NCBI GenBank assembly: GCA_964016885.1
Contig: OZ024740.1
Span: forward strand, 439,394,001-439,458,000
Reading direction: 5' to 3'
Length of the DNA: 64,000 nucleotides
Source of the DNA: Eledone cirrhosa
Lineage: Eukaryota
Below, one piece after another: positions 1 to 17,830 of the stretch (position 1 is its first letter; every line of letters begins with the position of its first letter). A model generated the notes under the pieces. The model did not search any database, was not told where the DNA came from, and saw only the letters and a program-made list of their open reading frames with translations. A program made the position numbers and the translations under genes.

Positions 1-419
1 AAATCATATAGGCAACAGATGATATAGACAACAGATGATATAGACAACAGATGATAGAGACAACAGATGATATAGGCAACATACGATATAGACAACAGAT
101 GATATAGACAACACATAATATAATCAATAGATGATATAGACAGCAGATGATATAGACAAGAGTTGATATAGACAACATATGATATAGACAACAGATGATA
201 TAGACATCACCTGATATAGACAATACCTGATATAGACAACACATGATATAGACAACACATGATATAGATAATAGATGATATAGACAACAGATGATATAGG
301 CAACAGATCATATAGACAACAGATCATATAGACAACACATGATATAGACAACACATGATATAGACAACAGTTGATATAGACAACAGTTGATATAGACAAC
401 AGATGAATAGACAACACAT

Positions 420-3400
420 GAATACACAACAGATGATATAGACAACACATGATATAGACAACACATGATTTAGACAACAGATGATATAGACAGCAGATGA
501 TATAGAGAACAGATGAATAGACAACAAATGATATAGACAACAGATGATATAGACAACAGTTGATATAGACAACAGATGATAGAGACAACAGATGATATAG
601 GCAACATACGATATAGACAACAGATGATATTGACAACAGATCATATAGTCATGACCTACTATAGACAATACCTGATATGGACAACAGACGATATAGACGA
701 CACATGAAATAGACAACAGATGATATAGATTACATATGATGTAGACAACAGATGATATAGACAACAGATGTTATAGACAACACATGATATAGATAATAGA
801 TGATGTAGGCAACAGATGTTAAAGACAATAGATGAAATAGACAATAGATGATATAGACAACACATGATATAGGCAATAGATTATATAGACAACAGATGAT
901 ATAGACAACAGTTGATATAGACAACAGATGATATAGACAACAGATGATATAGACAAGACATGTATAGATAATAGATGATACAGGCAACATATGATATAGA
1001 CAACACATGATATAGACAACAGTTGATATAGACAACAGCGGATATAGACAACACATGATATAGACAACACATGATATAGATAATAGATGATATAGGCAAC
1101 AGATGATATAGACAACAGATGACGTAGACAACATATGATATAGACGACACATGATATAGACAACAGTTAATATAGACAACAGTTGATATAGACAACAGAT
1201 AATATAGACAACAAATGATGCTGACAACAGATGATATAGGCAACAGATGATATAGACAACAGATGATATAGACAACACATGATATAGACAGCAGATGATA
1301 TAGACAACAATTGATATAGACAACAGAGGATATAGACAACACATGATATAGACAACACATGATATAGATAATAGATGATATAGACAACTGATGATATAGG
1401 CAACAGATCATATAGACAACTGATGAAATAGACAACACATGATATAGACAAAAGTTGATATAGCAAACAGTTAATATAGACAACAGAGGATATAGACAAA
1501 ACATAATATTGACAGCAGATGATATAGACAACAGTTGATATAGACAACAGAGGATATAGTCAACACATGATATAGACAACACATGATATAGATAACACAT
1601 GATATAGATAATAGATGATATAGACAACAGATGATATAGGCAACAGATCATATAGACAACAGATGAAATAGACAACACATGATATAGACAAAAGTTGATA
1701 TAGCCAACAGTTGATATAGACAACAGAGGATATAGACAACACATAATATTGATAACACATGATATAGACAATAGATGAATAGACAACAGATGATATAGAC
1801 AACAGATGATATAGACAACACATGATATACACAACAGATGAATAGACAACAGATGATATAGCCAACACATGATATAGACAACAAATTATTTGGACAACAG
1901 ATGATATAGACAACAGATGATATAGACAACAGTTGAATAGACAACAGATGATATAGACAACAGATGATATAGACAACAGATGATATAGACAACATACCAT
2001 ATAGACAACAGATGATATAGATAACACATGATCTAATCAAAAGATGATATAGACAGCAGATGATATAGACAACAGTTGATATAGACAACATATGATATAG
2101 ATAATAGATGATATAGACAACAGATGATATAGCCAACAGATGATATAGGCAACAGATGATATAGACAATACATGATATAGACAGCAGATGATATAGACAA
2201 CAGTTGATATAGACAAAAGAGGATATAGTCAACACATGATATAGACAACAGATGATATAGAAAACAGATGATATAGACAACACATGATATAGATAATAGA
2301 TGATATAGACAACAGACGATATAGACGACACATGAAATAGACAACAGATGATATAGATTACATATGATGTAGACAACAGATGATATAGACAAAAGATGTT
2401 ATAGACAACACATGATATAGATAGTAGTATATAGGCAACAGATGATATAGAAAACAGATGATATAGACAATAGATGATATAGACTACACATGATAAAACA
2501 ACAGATGATATAGACAACACATGATATAGACAATAGATTATATAGACAACAGATGATATAGACAACAGTTGATATAGACAACAGATTATATAGACAACAG
2601 ATCATATAGATATCACCTAATATGGACCATACCTGATATAGACAACAGACGATATAGACGACACATGAAATAGACAACAGATGATATAGATTACATATGA
2701 TGTAGACAACAGATGATATAGACAACAGATGTTATAGACAACACATGATATAGATAATAGATGATATAGGCAACAGATGATATAGAAAACAGATGATATA
2801 GACAATAGATGATATAGACTGCAGATGATAAAACAACAGATGATATAGACAACACATGATATAGACAATAGATTATATAGACAACAGATGATATAGACAA
2901 CAGAGGATATAGACAACACATGATATAGACAACACATGATATAGACAACACATGATATAGATAATAGATGATATAGACAACAGATGATATAGGCAACAGA
3001 TCATATAGACAACAGATGAAATAGACAACACATGATATAGACAAAAGTTGATATAGCCAACAGTTGATATAGACAACAGAGGATATAGACAACAGATGAT
3101 ATAGACAACAGATGATATAGACAACACATGATATAGACAACAGATGAATAGACAACAGATGATATAGACAACACATGATATAGACAACACATGATTTAGA
3201 CAACAGATGATATAGACAGCAGATGATATAGACAACAGATGAATAGACAACAAATGATATAGACAACAGATGATATAGACAACAGATGATATAGACAACA
3301 GATGATAGAGACAACAGATGATATAGGCAACATACGATATAGACAACAGATGATATAGACAACAGATCATATAGACATGACCTGATATAGACAATACCTG

Positions 3401-6400
3401 ATATGGACAACAGACAATATAGACGACACATGAAATAGACAACATATGATATAGATTACATATGATGTAGACAACAGATGATATAGACAACAGATGTTAT
3501 AGACAATACAAGATATAGATAATAGATGATGTAGGCAACAGATGATATAGACAATAGATGAAATAGACAATAGATGATATAGACAACACATGATATAGAC
3601 AATAGATTATATAGACAACAGATGATATAGACAACAGTTGATATAGACAACAGATGATATAGACAACAGATGATATAGACAAGACATGTATAGATAATAG
3701 ATGATACAGGCAACATATGATATAGACAACACATGATATAGATAATATATGATATAGGCAACAGATGATATAGACAACAGATGACGTAGACAACACATGA
3801 TATAGACGACACATGATATAGACAACAGTTAATATAGACAACAGTTGATATAGACAACAGATGAAATAGACAACACATGATATAGACAAAAGTTGATATA
3901 GCAAACAGTTAATATAGACAACAGAGGATATAGACAACACATAATATTGACAGCAGATGATATAGACAACAGTTGATATAGACAACAGAGGATATAGTCA
4001 ACACATGATATAGACAACACATGATATAGACAACACATGATATAGATAATAGATGATATAGACAACAGATGATATAGGCAACAGATCATATAGACAACAG
4101 ATGAAATAGACAACACATAATATAGACAAAATTGATATAGCCAACAGTTGATATAGACAACAGAGGATATAGACAACACATAATATTGACAACACATGAT
4201 ATAGACAACAGATGAATAGACAACAGATGATATAGACAACAGATGATATAGACAACACATGATATACAAAACAGATGAATAGACAACAGATGATATAGAC
4301 AACACATGATTTAGACAACAGATGATATAGACAACAGATGATATAGACAACACATGATATAGATAATAGATGATATAGACAACAGATGATATAGGCAACA
4401 GATCATATAGACAACAGATGATATAGACAACACATGATATAGACAACACATGATATAGACAACAGTTGATATAGACAACAGTTGATATAGACAACAGATG
4501 AATAGACAACACATGATATAGACAACAGATGAATACACAACAGATGATATAGACAACACATGATATAGACAACACATGATTTAGACAACAGATGATATAG
4601 ACAGCAGATGATATAGACAACAGATGAATAGACAACAAATGATATAGACAACAGATGATATAGACAACAGTTGATATAGACAACAGATGATAGAGACAAC
4701 AGATGATATAGGCAACATACGATATAGACAACAGATGATATTGACAACAGATCATATAGACATGACATACTATAGACAATACCTGATATGGACAACAGAC
4801 GATATAGACGACACATGAAATAGACAACAGATGATATAGATTACATATGATGTAGACAACAGATGATATAGACAACAGATGTTATAGACAACACATGATA
4901 TAGATAATAGATGATGTAGGCAACAGATGTTAAAGACAATAGATGAAATAGACAATAGATGATATAGACAACACATGATATAGACAATAGATTATATAGA
5001 CAACAGATGATATAGACAACAGTTGATATAGACAACAGATGATATAGACAACAGATGATATAGACAAGACATGTATAGATAATAGATGATACAGGCAACA
5101 TATGATATAGACAACACATGATATAGACAACAGTTGATATAGACAACAGCGGATATAGACAACACATGATATAGACAACACATGATATAGATAATAGATG
5201 ATATAGGCAACAGATGATATAGACAACAGATGACGTAGACAACATATGATATAGACGACACATGATATAGACAACAGTTAATATAGACAACAGTTGATAT
5301 AGACAACAGGTAATATAGACAACAAATGATACTGACAACAGATGATATAGGCAACAGATGATATAGACAACAGATGATATAGACAACACATGATATAGAC
5401 AGCAGATGATATAGACAACAATTGATATAGACAACAGAGGATATAGACAACACATGATATAGACAACACATGATATAGATAATAGATGATATAGACAACT
5501 GATGATATAGGCAACAGATCATATAGACAACTGATGAAATAGACAACACATGATATAGACAAAAGTTGATATAGCAAACAGTTAATATAGACAACAGAGG
5601 ATATAGACAAAACATAATATTGACAGCAGATGATATAGACAACAGTTGATATAGACAACAGAGGATATAGTCAACACATGATATAGACAACACATGATAT
5701 AGATAACACATGATATAGATAATAGATGATATAGACAACAGATGATATAGGCAACAGATCATATAGACAACAGATGAAATAGACAACACATGATATAGAC
5801 AAAAGTTGATATAGCCAACAGTTGATATAGACAACAGAGGATATAGACAACACATAATATTGATAACACATGATATAGACAATAGATGAATAGAGAACAG
5901 ATGATATAGACAACAGATGATATAGACAACACATGATATACACAACAGATGAATAGACAACAGATGATATAGCCAACACATGATATAGACAACAAATTAT
6001 TTGGACAACAGATGATATAGACAACAGATGATATAGACAACAGTTGAATAGACAACAGATGATTTAGACAACAGATGATATAGACAACAAATGATATAGA
6101 CAACATACCATATAGACAACAGATGATATAGATAACACATGATCTAATCAAAAGATGATATAGACAGCAGATGATATAGACAACAGTTGATATAGACAAC
6201 ATATGATATAGATAATAGATGATATAGACAACAGATGATATAGCCAACAGATGATATAGGCAACAGATGATATAGACAATACATGATATAGACAGCAGAT
6301 GATATAGACAACAGTTGATATAGACAAAAGAGGATATAGTCAACACATGATATAGACAACAGATGATATAGAAAACAGATGATATAGACAACACATGATA

Positions 6401-7010
6401 TTGATAATAGATGATATAGACAACAGACGATATAGACGACACATGAAATAGACAACAGATGATATAGATTACATATGATGTAGACAACAGATGATATAGA
6501 GAAAAGATGTTATAGACAACACATGATATAGATAATAGTATATAGGCAACAGATGATATAGAAAACAGATGATATAGACAATAGATGATATAGACTACAC
6601 ATGATAAAACAACAGATGATATAGACAACACATGATATAGACAATAGATTATATAGACAACAGATGATATAGACAACAGTTGATATAGACAACAGATTAT
6701 ATAGACAACAGATCATATAGACATCACCTAATATGGACCATACCTGATATAGACAACAGACGATATAGACCACACATGAAATAGACAACAGATGATATAG
6801 ATTACATATGATGTAGACAACAGATGATATAGACAACAGATGTTATAGACAACACATGATATAGATAATAGATGATATAGGCAACAGATGATATAGAAAA
6901 CAGATGATATAGACAATAGATGATATAGACTACAGATGATAAAACAACAGATGATATAGACAACACATGATATAGACAATAGATTATATAGACAACAGAT
7001 GATATAGACA
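420..7010. repeat. Higher-order block duplication, period 4111 bp (about 420-2900 repeated at about 4531-7010)
   Basis: Rare variants and ORF-track entries recur at +4111 (659/4770, 730/4841, 881/4992, 1648/5759, 2399/6510). Confidence 0.9.
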
Positions 7011-8789
7011 ACAGTTGATATAGACAACAGATGATATAGACAACAGATGATATAGACAACACTTGATATAGACAAGACATGTATAGATAATAGATGATAC
7101 AGGCAACAGATGATAGAGACAACAGATGACGTAGACAAGACATGATATAGACAACACATGATATAGACAACAGTTAATATAGACAACAGTTGATATAGAC
7201 AACAGATAATATAGGCAACAGATGATATAGCAACAGATGATATAGACAACACATGATATAGACAGCAGATGATATAGACAACAGTTGATATAGACAACAG
7301 AGGATATAGATAATAGATGATATAGACAACAGATGATATAGGCAACAGATCATATAGACAACAGATGAAATAGACAACACATGATATAGACTAAAGTTGA
7401 TATAGCCAACAGTTGATATAGACAACAGAGGATATAGACAACACATAATATTGACAACACATGATATAGACAACAGATGAATAGAGAACAGATGATATAG
7501 ACAACAGATGATATAGACAACACATGATATACAAAACAGATGAATAGACAACAGATGATATAGACAACACATTATATAGACACCACATGATTTAGACAAC
7601 AGATGATATAGACAACACATGATATAATCAATAGATGATATAGACAGCAGATGATATAGACAACAGTTGATATAGACAACATATGATATATATAATAGAT
7701 GATATAGCCAACAGTTGATATAGACAACAGAGGATATAGACAACACATAATATTGACAAGACATGATATAGACAACAGATGAATAGACAACAGATGATAA
7801 AGACAACAAATGATATAGACAACACATGATTTACACAACAGATGAATAGACAACAGTATATAGACAACACATGATATAGACAACACATGATTTAGACAAC
7901 AGATGATATAGACAACAGATGATATAGACAACAGATGAATAGACAACAAATGATATAGGCAACAGATGATATAGACGACAGATGATATAGACAACAGATG
8001 ATATAGACAACAGATGATATAGGCAACATACCATATAGACAACAGATGATATAGACAACACATGATATAATCAATAGATGATATAGACAGCAGATGATAT
8101 AGACAACAGTTGATATAGACAACATATGATATAGAAAATAGATGATATAGACAACAGATGATATAGGCAACAGATGATATAGACAACAGATGATATAGAC
8201 AACACATGATATAGACAGCAGATGATATAGACAAGAGTTGATATAGACAACAGAGGATATAGTCAACACATGATATAGACAACAGATGATATAGAAAACA
8301 GATGATATAGACAACACATGATATAGATAATAGATGATATAGTCAACAGATGATATAGACAACAGATGATATAGACAACAGATGAATAGATAACAAATGA
8401 TATAGACAATAGATGATATAGACAACAGATGATAGAGGCAACAGATGATATAGGCAACATATGATATAGACAACAGATGCTATAGACAACACATGATATA
8501 GACAACAGATGATATAGACAGCAGAGGATATAGACAACAGTTGATATAGAAAACAAATGATATAGATAACAGATGATATAGACAACACATGATATAGACA
8601 ACAGATGATATAGACAACAGATGATATAGACAACACATGATATAGACAACAGATGATATAGACAACAGATGATATAGACAACACATGATATAGACAACAG
8701 ATGATATAAATAATAGATGATATAGACAACAGATGATATAGACAACAGATGAAATAGACAATAGATAATATAGACAACAGTTGATATTG

Positions 8790-10967
8790 ACAACAGATAA
8801 TATAGACAACAGTTGATATAGACAACAGATAATATAGACAACAGATGATATTGACAACAGATGATATAGGCAACAGATCATATAGACAACAGATGATATA
8901 GACAACACATGATATAGACAACACATGATATAGACAACAGTTGATATAGATAACAGTTGATATAGACAACAGATGATATAGGAAACGGATGATATAGACA
9001 ACAGACGATATAGACAACACATAATATAGGCAACAGATGAATAGACAACAGATGATATAGACAACACATGATATAGACAACACATGATTTAGACAACAGA
9101 TGATATAGACAGCAGATGATATAGACAACAGATGAATAGACAACAAATGATATAGAAAACAGATGATATAGACAACAGATGATATAGACGACAGATGATA
9201 GAGACAACAGTTGATATAGACAACAGAGGATATAGACAACACATAATATTGACAAGACATAATATAGACAACGGATGAATAAACAACAGTTGATATAGAC
9301 AACACATGATATACACAACAGATGAATAGACAACACTATATAGACAACACATGATATAGACAACACATGACTTAGACAACAGATGTTATAGACAACAGAT
9401 GATATAGACAACAGATGAATAGACAACAAATAATATAGGCAACAGATGATATAGACGACAGATGATATAGACAACAGATGATATAGACAACAGATGATAT
9501 AGGCAACATACCATATAGACAACAGATGATATAGACAACACATGATATAATCAATAGATGATATAGACAGCAGATGATAAAGACAATAGTTGATATAGAC
9601 AACATATGATATAGATAATAGATGATATAGACAACAGATGATATAGGCAACAGATGATATAGACAACAGATGATATAGACAACACATGATATAGACCCCA
9701 GATGATATAGACAACAGTGTATATAGACGACAGAGGATATAGTCAACACATGATATAGACAACAGATGATATAGACAATGGTGATAGAGACAACAGATGA
9801 TATAGGCAACATATGATATAGACAAAAGATGATATAGACAACACATGATATAGACAACAGATGATATAGACAACAGATGATATAGACAACAGATGATATA
9901 GACAACAGATGATATAGACAACACATGATATAGACAACAGATGATATAAATAATAGATGATATAGACAACAGATGATATAGACAACAGATAATATAGACA
10001 ACAGTTGATATAGACAACAGATAATATAGACAACAGATGATATTGACAACAGATGATATAGGCAACAGATCATATAGACAACAGATGATATAGACAACAC
10101 ATGATATAGACAAAACATGATATAGACAACAGTTGATATAGATAACAGTTGATATAGACAACAGATGATATAGGAAACGGATGATATAGACAACAGATGA
10201 TATAGACAACACATAATATAGACAACAGATGAATAGACAACAGATGATATAGACAACACATGATATAGAAAACACATGATTTAGACAACAGATGATATAG
10301 ACAGCAGATGATATAGACAACAGATGAATAGACAACAAATGATATAGAAAACATATGATATAGACAACAGATGATATAGACAACAGATGATAGAGACAAC
10401 AGTTGATATAGACAAGAGAGGATATAGACAACACATAATATTGACAAGACATAATATAGACAACGGATGAATAGACAACAAATGATATAGACAACACATG
10501 ATATACACAACAGATGAATAGACAACACTATATAGACAACACATGATATAGACAACACATGATTTAGACAAGAGATGATATAGACAACAGATGATATAGA
10601 CAACAGATGAATAGACAACAAATAATATAGGCAACAGATGATATAGACGACAGATGATATAGACAACAGATGATATAGACAAGAGATGATATAGGCAACA
10701 TACCATATAGACAACAGATGATATAGACAACACATGATATAATCAATAGATGATATAGACAGCAGATGATAAAGACAATAGTTGATATAGACAACATATG
10801 ATATAGATAATAGATGATATAGACAACAGATGATATAGGCAACAGATGATATAGACAACAGATGATATCGACAACACATGATATAGACAGCAAATGATAT
10901 AGACAACAGTGTATATAGACAACAGAGGATATAGTCAACACATGATATAGACAACAGATGATATAGA
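8790..10967. repeat. Higher-order block duplication, period 1192 bp
   Basis: ORF ends recur at +1192 (8878/10070, 9089/10281, 9372/10564, 9743/10935). Shared rare variants include ggaaacggat, gacaacactata and gacaacagtgtatatag. Confidence 0.85.
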
Positions 10968-11459
10968 AAACAGATGATATAGACAACACATGATATAGAT
11001 AATAGATGATATAATCAACAGATGATATAGACAACAGATGATAGAGACAACATATGATATAGGCAACATATGATATAGACAACAGATGCTATAGACAAAA
11101 CATGATATAGACAACAGATGATATAGACAACAGATGATATAGACAACACATGATATAGACAACAGATGATATAGACAACAGATGATATAGACAACAGATG
11201 AAATAGACAAGAGATAATATAGACAACAGTTGATATAGACAACAGATAATATAGACAACAGTTGATATAGACAACAGATAATATAGACAACAGATGATAT
11301 TGACAACAGATGATATAGGCAACAGATGATATAGACAACAGATGATATAGACAACACATGATATAGACAACACATGATATAGACAACAGTTGATATAGAC
11401 AACAGTTGATATAGACAACAGAGGATATAGGAAACAGATGATATAGACAACAGATGATA

Positions 11460-14400
11460 TAGACAACACATGATATAGACAACACATGATTTAGACAACA
11501 GATGATATAGACAGCAGATGATATAGACAACATACGATATAGACAACAGATGATATAGACAACAGATCATATAGACATGACCTGATATAGACAATACCTG
11601 ATATGGACAACAGACGATATAGAAGACACATGAAATAGACAACAGATGATATAGATTACATATGATGTAGACAACAGATGATATAGACAACAGATGTTAT
11701 AGACAACACATGATATAGATAATAGATAATGTAGGCAACAGATGATATAGACAATAGATGAATTAGACAATAGATGATATAGACAACACATGATATAGAC
11801 AATAGATTATATAGACAACAGATGATATAGACAACAGTTGATATAGACAACAGATGATATAGACAACAGATGATATAGACAAGACATGTATAGATAATAG
11901 ATGATACAGGCAACATATGATATAGACAACACATGATATAAACAACAGTTGATATAGACAACAGCGAATATAGACAACACATGATATAGACAACACATGA
12001 TATAGATAATCGATGATATAGGCAACAGATGATATAGACAACAGATGACGTAGACAACACACGATATAGACGACACATGATATAGACAACAGTTAATATA
12101 GACAACAGTTGATATAGACAACAGATAATATAGACAACAGATGATACTGACAACAGATGATATAGGCAACAGATGATATAGACAACAGATGATATAGACA
12201 ACACATGATATAGACAGCAGATGATATAGACAACAGTTGATATAGACAACAGAGGATATAGACAACACATGATATAGACAACACATGATATAGACAACAC
12301 ATGATATAGATAATAGATGATATAGACAACTGATGTTATAGGCAACAGATCATATAGACAACAGATGAAATAGACAACACATGATATAGACAAAAGTTGA
12401 TATAGCAAACAGTTAATATAGACAACTGAGGATATAGACAACACATAATATTGACAGCAGATTATATAGACAACAGTTGATATAGACAACAGAGGTTATA
12501 GTCAACACATGATATAGACAACACATGATATAGACAACACATGATATAGATAATAGATGATATAGACAACAGATGATATAGGCAACAGATACTATAGACA
12601 ACAGATGAAATAGCCAACACATGATATAGACAAAAGTTGATATAGCCAACAGTTGATATAGACAACAGAGGATATAGACAACACATAATATTGACAACAC
12701 ATGATATAGACAACAGATGAATAGACAACAGATAATATAGACAACAGATGATATAGACAACACATGATATAGACAACAAAATTATTTAGACAACAGATGA
12801 TATTGACAACAGATGATATAGACAACAGATGAATAGACAACAGATGATATAGACAACAGATGATATGACAACAGATGATATAGGCAACAGTTGATATAGA
12901 CAACAGAGGATATAGTCAACACATGATATAGACAACAGATGATATGGAAAACAGATGATATAGACAACACATGATATAGATAATAGATGATATAGACAAC
13001 AGATGATATAGACAACAGATGATTTAGACAACAGATGAATAGATAACAAATGATATAGAAACAAATGATATAGACAACAGATGATAGAGACAACAGATGA
13101 TATAGGCAACATATGATATAGACAACATATGCTATAGACAACACATGATATAGACAACATATGATATAGACAATGGTGATAGAGACAACAGATGATATAG
13201 GCAACATATGATATAGACAAAAGATGATATAGACAACACATGATATAGACAACAGATGATATAGACAGCAGATGATATAAAAAACATTTGATATAGAAAA
13301 CAAATGATATAGACAACAGATGATATAGACAACACATGATATAGACAACAGATGATATAGACAACAGATGATATAGACAACACATGATATAGACAACAGA
13401 TGATATATAATAGATGATATAGACAACAGATGATATAGACAACAGATGAAATAGACAAGAGATAATATAGACACCAGTTGATATAGACAACAGATAATAT
13501 AGACAACAGTTGATATAGACAACAGATAATATAGACAACAGATGATATTGACAACAGATGATATAGACAACAGATCATATAGACAACAGATGATATAGAC
13601 AACACATGATATAGACAACACATGATATAGCCAACAGTTGATATAGACAACAGAGGATATAGACAACACATAATATTGACAACACATGATATAGACAACA
13701 GATGAATAGACAACAGATGATATAGACAACAGATGATATAGACAACCCATGATATAGACAACAGATGAATAGACAACGGATGATATAGACAACACATGAT
13801 ATAGACAACACATGATTTATACAACAGATGATATAGACAACAGATGATATAGACAACAGATGAATAGACAACAAATGATATAGACAACAGATGATATAGA
13901 CAACAGATGATATAGACAACAGATGATAGAGACAACAGATGATATAGGCAACATACGATATAGACAACAGATGATATAGACAACACATGATATAAACAAT
14001 AGATGATATAGACAGCAGATGATATGACAACAGTTGATATAGACAACATATGATATAGACAACAGATGATATAGACATCACCTGATATAGACAATACCTG
14101 ATATAGACAACAGATGATATAGACAAAACAGGATATAGACAACAGATGATATACACTACATTTGATATAGACAACAGATGATATATACAATAGATTATAT
14201 AGACAACAGACGATATAGACAACAGTTGATATAGACAACAGATGATATAGACAACAGATGATATAGACAACAGATGATATAGACTAGAGATGATATAGAC
14301 ACCACATGATATAGACAACACCTGATATAGACAACTAATGATATAAATAATAGATAATATAGGCAACAGATGATATAGACAATAGATGATATAGACAACA

Positions 14401-17400
14401 GATGATATAGACAACACATGATATAGACAAAAGATTATATAGACAACAGACGATATAGACAACAGTTGATATAGACAACAGATGATATAGACAACAGATG
14501 ATATAGCCAACAGATGATATAGACTACAGATTATATAGGCAACACAGGATATATACAACAGATGATATAGACTACATATGATATAGACAACAGATGCTAT
14601 AGACAACAAATGATATAGACAACACATGATATAGATAATAGATGATATAGGCAACAGATGATATAGACAATAGATGATATAGACTAGAGATGATATAACA
14701 ACAGTTGATATAGACAACACATGATATAGACAATAGATTATATAGACAACAGACGATATAGACAACACTTGATATAGACAAGAGATGATATAGACAACAG
14801 ATGATATAGACAACAGAGGATATAGGAAACAGATGATATAGACAACAGATGATATAGACAACACATGATATAGACAATACATGATTTAGACAACAGATGA
14901 TATAGACAGCAGATGATATAGACAACATACGATATAGACAACAGATGATATAGACAACAGATCATATAGACATGACCTCATATAGACAATACCTGATATG
15001 GACAACAGACGATATAGAGGACACATGAAATAGACAACAGATGATATAGATTACATATGATGTAGACAACAGATGATATACACAACAGATGTTATAGACA
15101 ACACATGATATAGATAATAGATGATGTAGGCAACAGATGATATAGACAATAGATGAATTAGACAATAGATGATATAGACAACACATGACATAGACAATAG
15201 ATTATATAGACAACAGATGATATTGACAACAGTTGATATAGACAACAGATGATATAGACAACAGATGATATAGACAAGACATGTATAGATAATAGATGAT
15301 ACAGGCAACATATGATATAGACAACACATGATATAAACAACAGTTGATATAGACAACAGCGAATATAGACAACACATGATATAGACAACACATGATATAG
15401 ATAATAGATGATATAGGCAACAGATGATATAGACAACAGATGACGTAGACAACACATGATATAGACGACACATGATATAGACAACAGTTAATATAGACAA
15501 CAGTTGATATAGACAACAGATAATATAGACAACAGATGATACTGACAACAGATGATATAGGCAACAGATGATATAGACAACAGCTGATATAGACAACACA
15601 TGATATAGACAGCAGATGATATAGACAACAGTTGATATAGACAACAGAGGATATAGACAACACATGATATAGACAACACATGATATAGACAACACATGAT
15701 ATAGATAATAGATGATATAGACAACTGATGATATAGGCAACAGATCATATAGACAACAGATGAAATAGACAACACATGATATAGACAAAAGTTGATATAG
15801 CAAACAGTTAATATAGACAACTGAGGATATAGACAACACATAATATTGACAGCAGATGATATAGACAACAGATGAATAGACAACAGATGATATAGACAAC
15901 AGATGATATAGACAACACATGATATACACAACAGATGAATAGACAACAGATGATATAGACAACACATGATATAGACAACAAATGATTTAGACAACAGATG
16001 ATATTGACAACAGATGATATAGACAACAGATGAATAGACAACAGATGATATAGACAACAGATGATATAGACAACAGATGATATAGGCAACAGTTGATATA
16101 GACAACAGAGGATATAGTCAACACATGATATAGACAACAGATGATATGGAAAACAGATGATATAAACAACACATGATATAGATAATAGATGATATAGACA
16201 ACAGATGATATAGACAACAGATGATTTAGACAACAGATGAATAGATAACAAATGATATAGACAGCAAATGATATAGACAACAGATGATAGAGACAACAGA
16301 TGATATAGGCAACATATGATATAGACAACAGATGCTATAGACAACATGATATAGACAACATATGATATAGACAATGGTGATAGAGACAACAGATGATATA
16401 GGCAACATATGATATAGACAAAAGATGATATAGACAACACATGATATAGACAACAGATGATATAGACAGCAGATGATATAGACAACAGTTGATATAGAAA
16501 ACATATGATATAGACAAGAGATGATATAGATAACACATGATATAGACAACAGATGATATAGACAACAGATGATATAGACAACACATGATATAGACAACAG
16601 ATGATATATAATAGATGATATAGACAACAGATGATATAGACAACAGATGAAATAGACAACAGATAATATAGACAACAGTTGATATAGACAACAGATAATA
16701 TAGACAACAGTTGATATAGACAACAGATAATATAGACAACAGATGATATTGACAACAGATGATATAGGCAACAGATCATATAGACAACAGATGATATAGA
16801 CAACACATGATATAGACAACACATGATATAGCCAACAGTTGATATAGACAACAGAGGATATAGACAACACATAATATTGACAACACATGATATAGACAAC
16901 AGATGAATAGACAACAGATGATATAGACAACAGATGATATAGACAACACATGATATAGACAACAGATGAATAGACAACGGATGATATAGACAACATATGA
17001 TATAGACAACACATGATTTATACAACAGATGATATAGACAACAGATGATATAGACAACAGATGAATAGACAACAAATGATATAGACAACAGATGATATAG
17101 CCAACAGATGATATAGACAACAGATGATAGAGACAACAGATGATATAGGCAACATACGATATAGACAACATGATATAGACAACACATGATATAAACAATA
17201 GATGATATAGACAGCAGATGATATGACAACAGATGATATAGACATCACCTGATATAGACAATACCTGATATAGACAACAGATGATATAGACAACACAGGA
17301 TATAGACAACAGATGATATACACTACATATGATATAGACAACAGATGATATATACAATAGATTATATAGACAACAGACGATATAGACAACAGTTGATATA

Positions 17401-17830
17401 GACAACAGATGATATAGACAACAGATGATATAGACAACAGATGATATAGACTAGAGATGATATAGACACCAAATGATATAGACAACACCTGATATAGACA
17501 ACACAAGATATATACAAGGGATGATATAGACAGCAGATGATATAGACAACAGATGATATAGACAACTAATGATATAGATAATAGATGATATAGGCAACAG
17601 ATTATATAGACAATAGATGATATAGACAACAGATGATATAGACAACACATGATATAGACAATAGGTTATATAGACAACAGACGATATAGACAACAGTTGA
17701 TATAGACAAGAGATGATATAGACAACAGATGATATAGCCAACAGATGATATAGACTACAGATTATATAGGCAACACAGGATATATACAAAAGATGATATA
17801 GACTACATATGATATAGAAAACAGATGCTA
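11460..17830. repeat. Higher-order duplication, period about 3395 bp shrinking to about 3200 bp after an internal deletion
   Basis: Offsets are +3395 (11567/14962, 11763/15158, 11807/15202), then about +3200 (13132/16335, 13575/16776). Confidence 0.8.
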
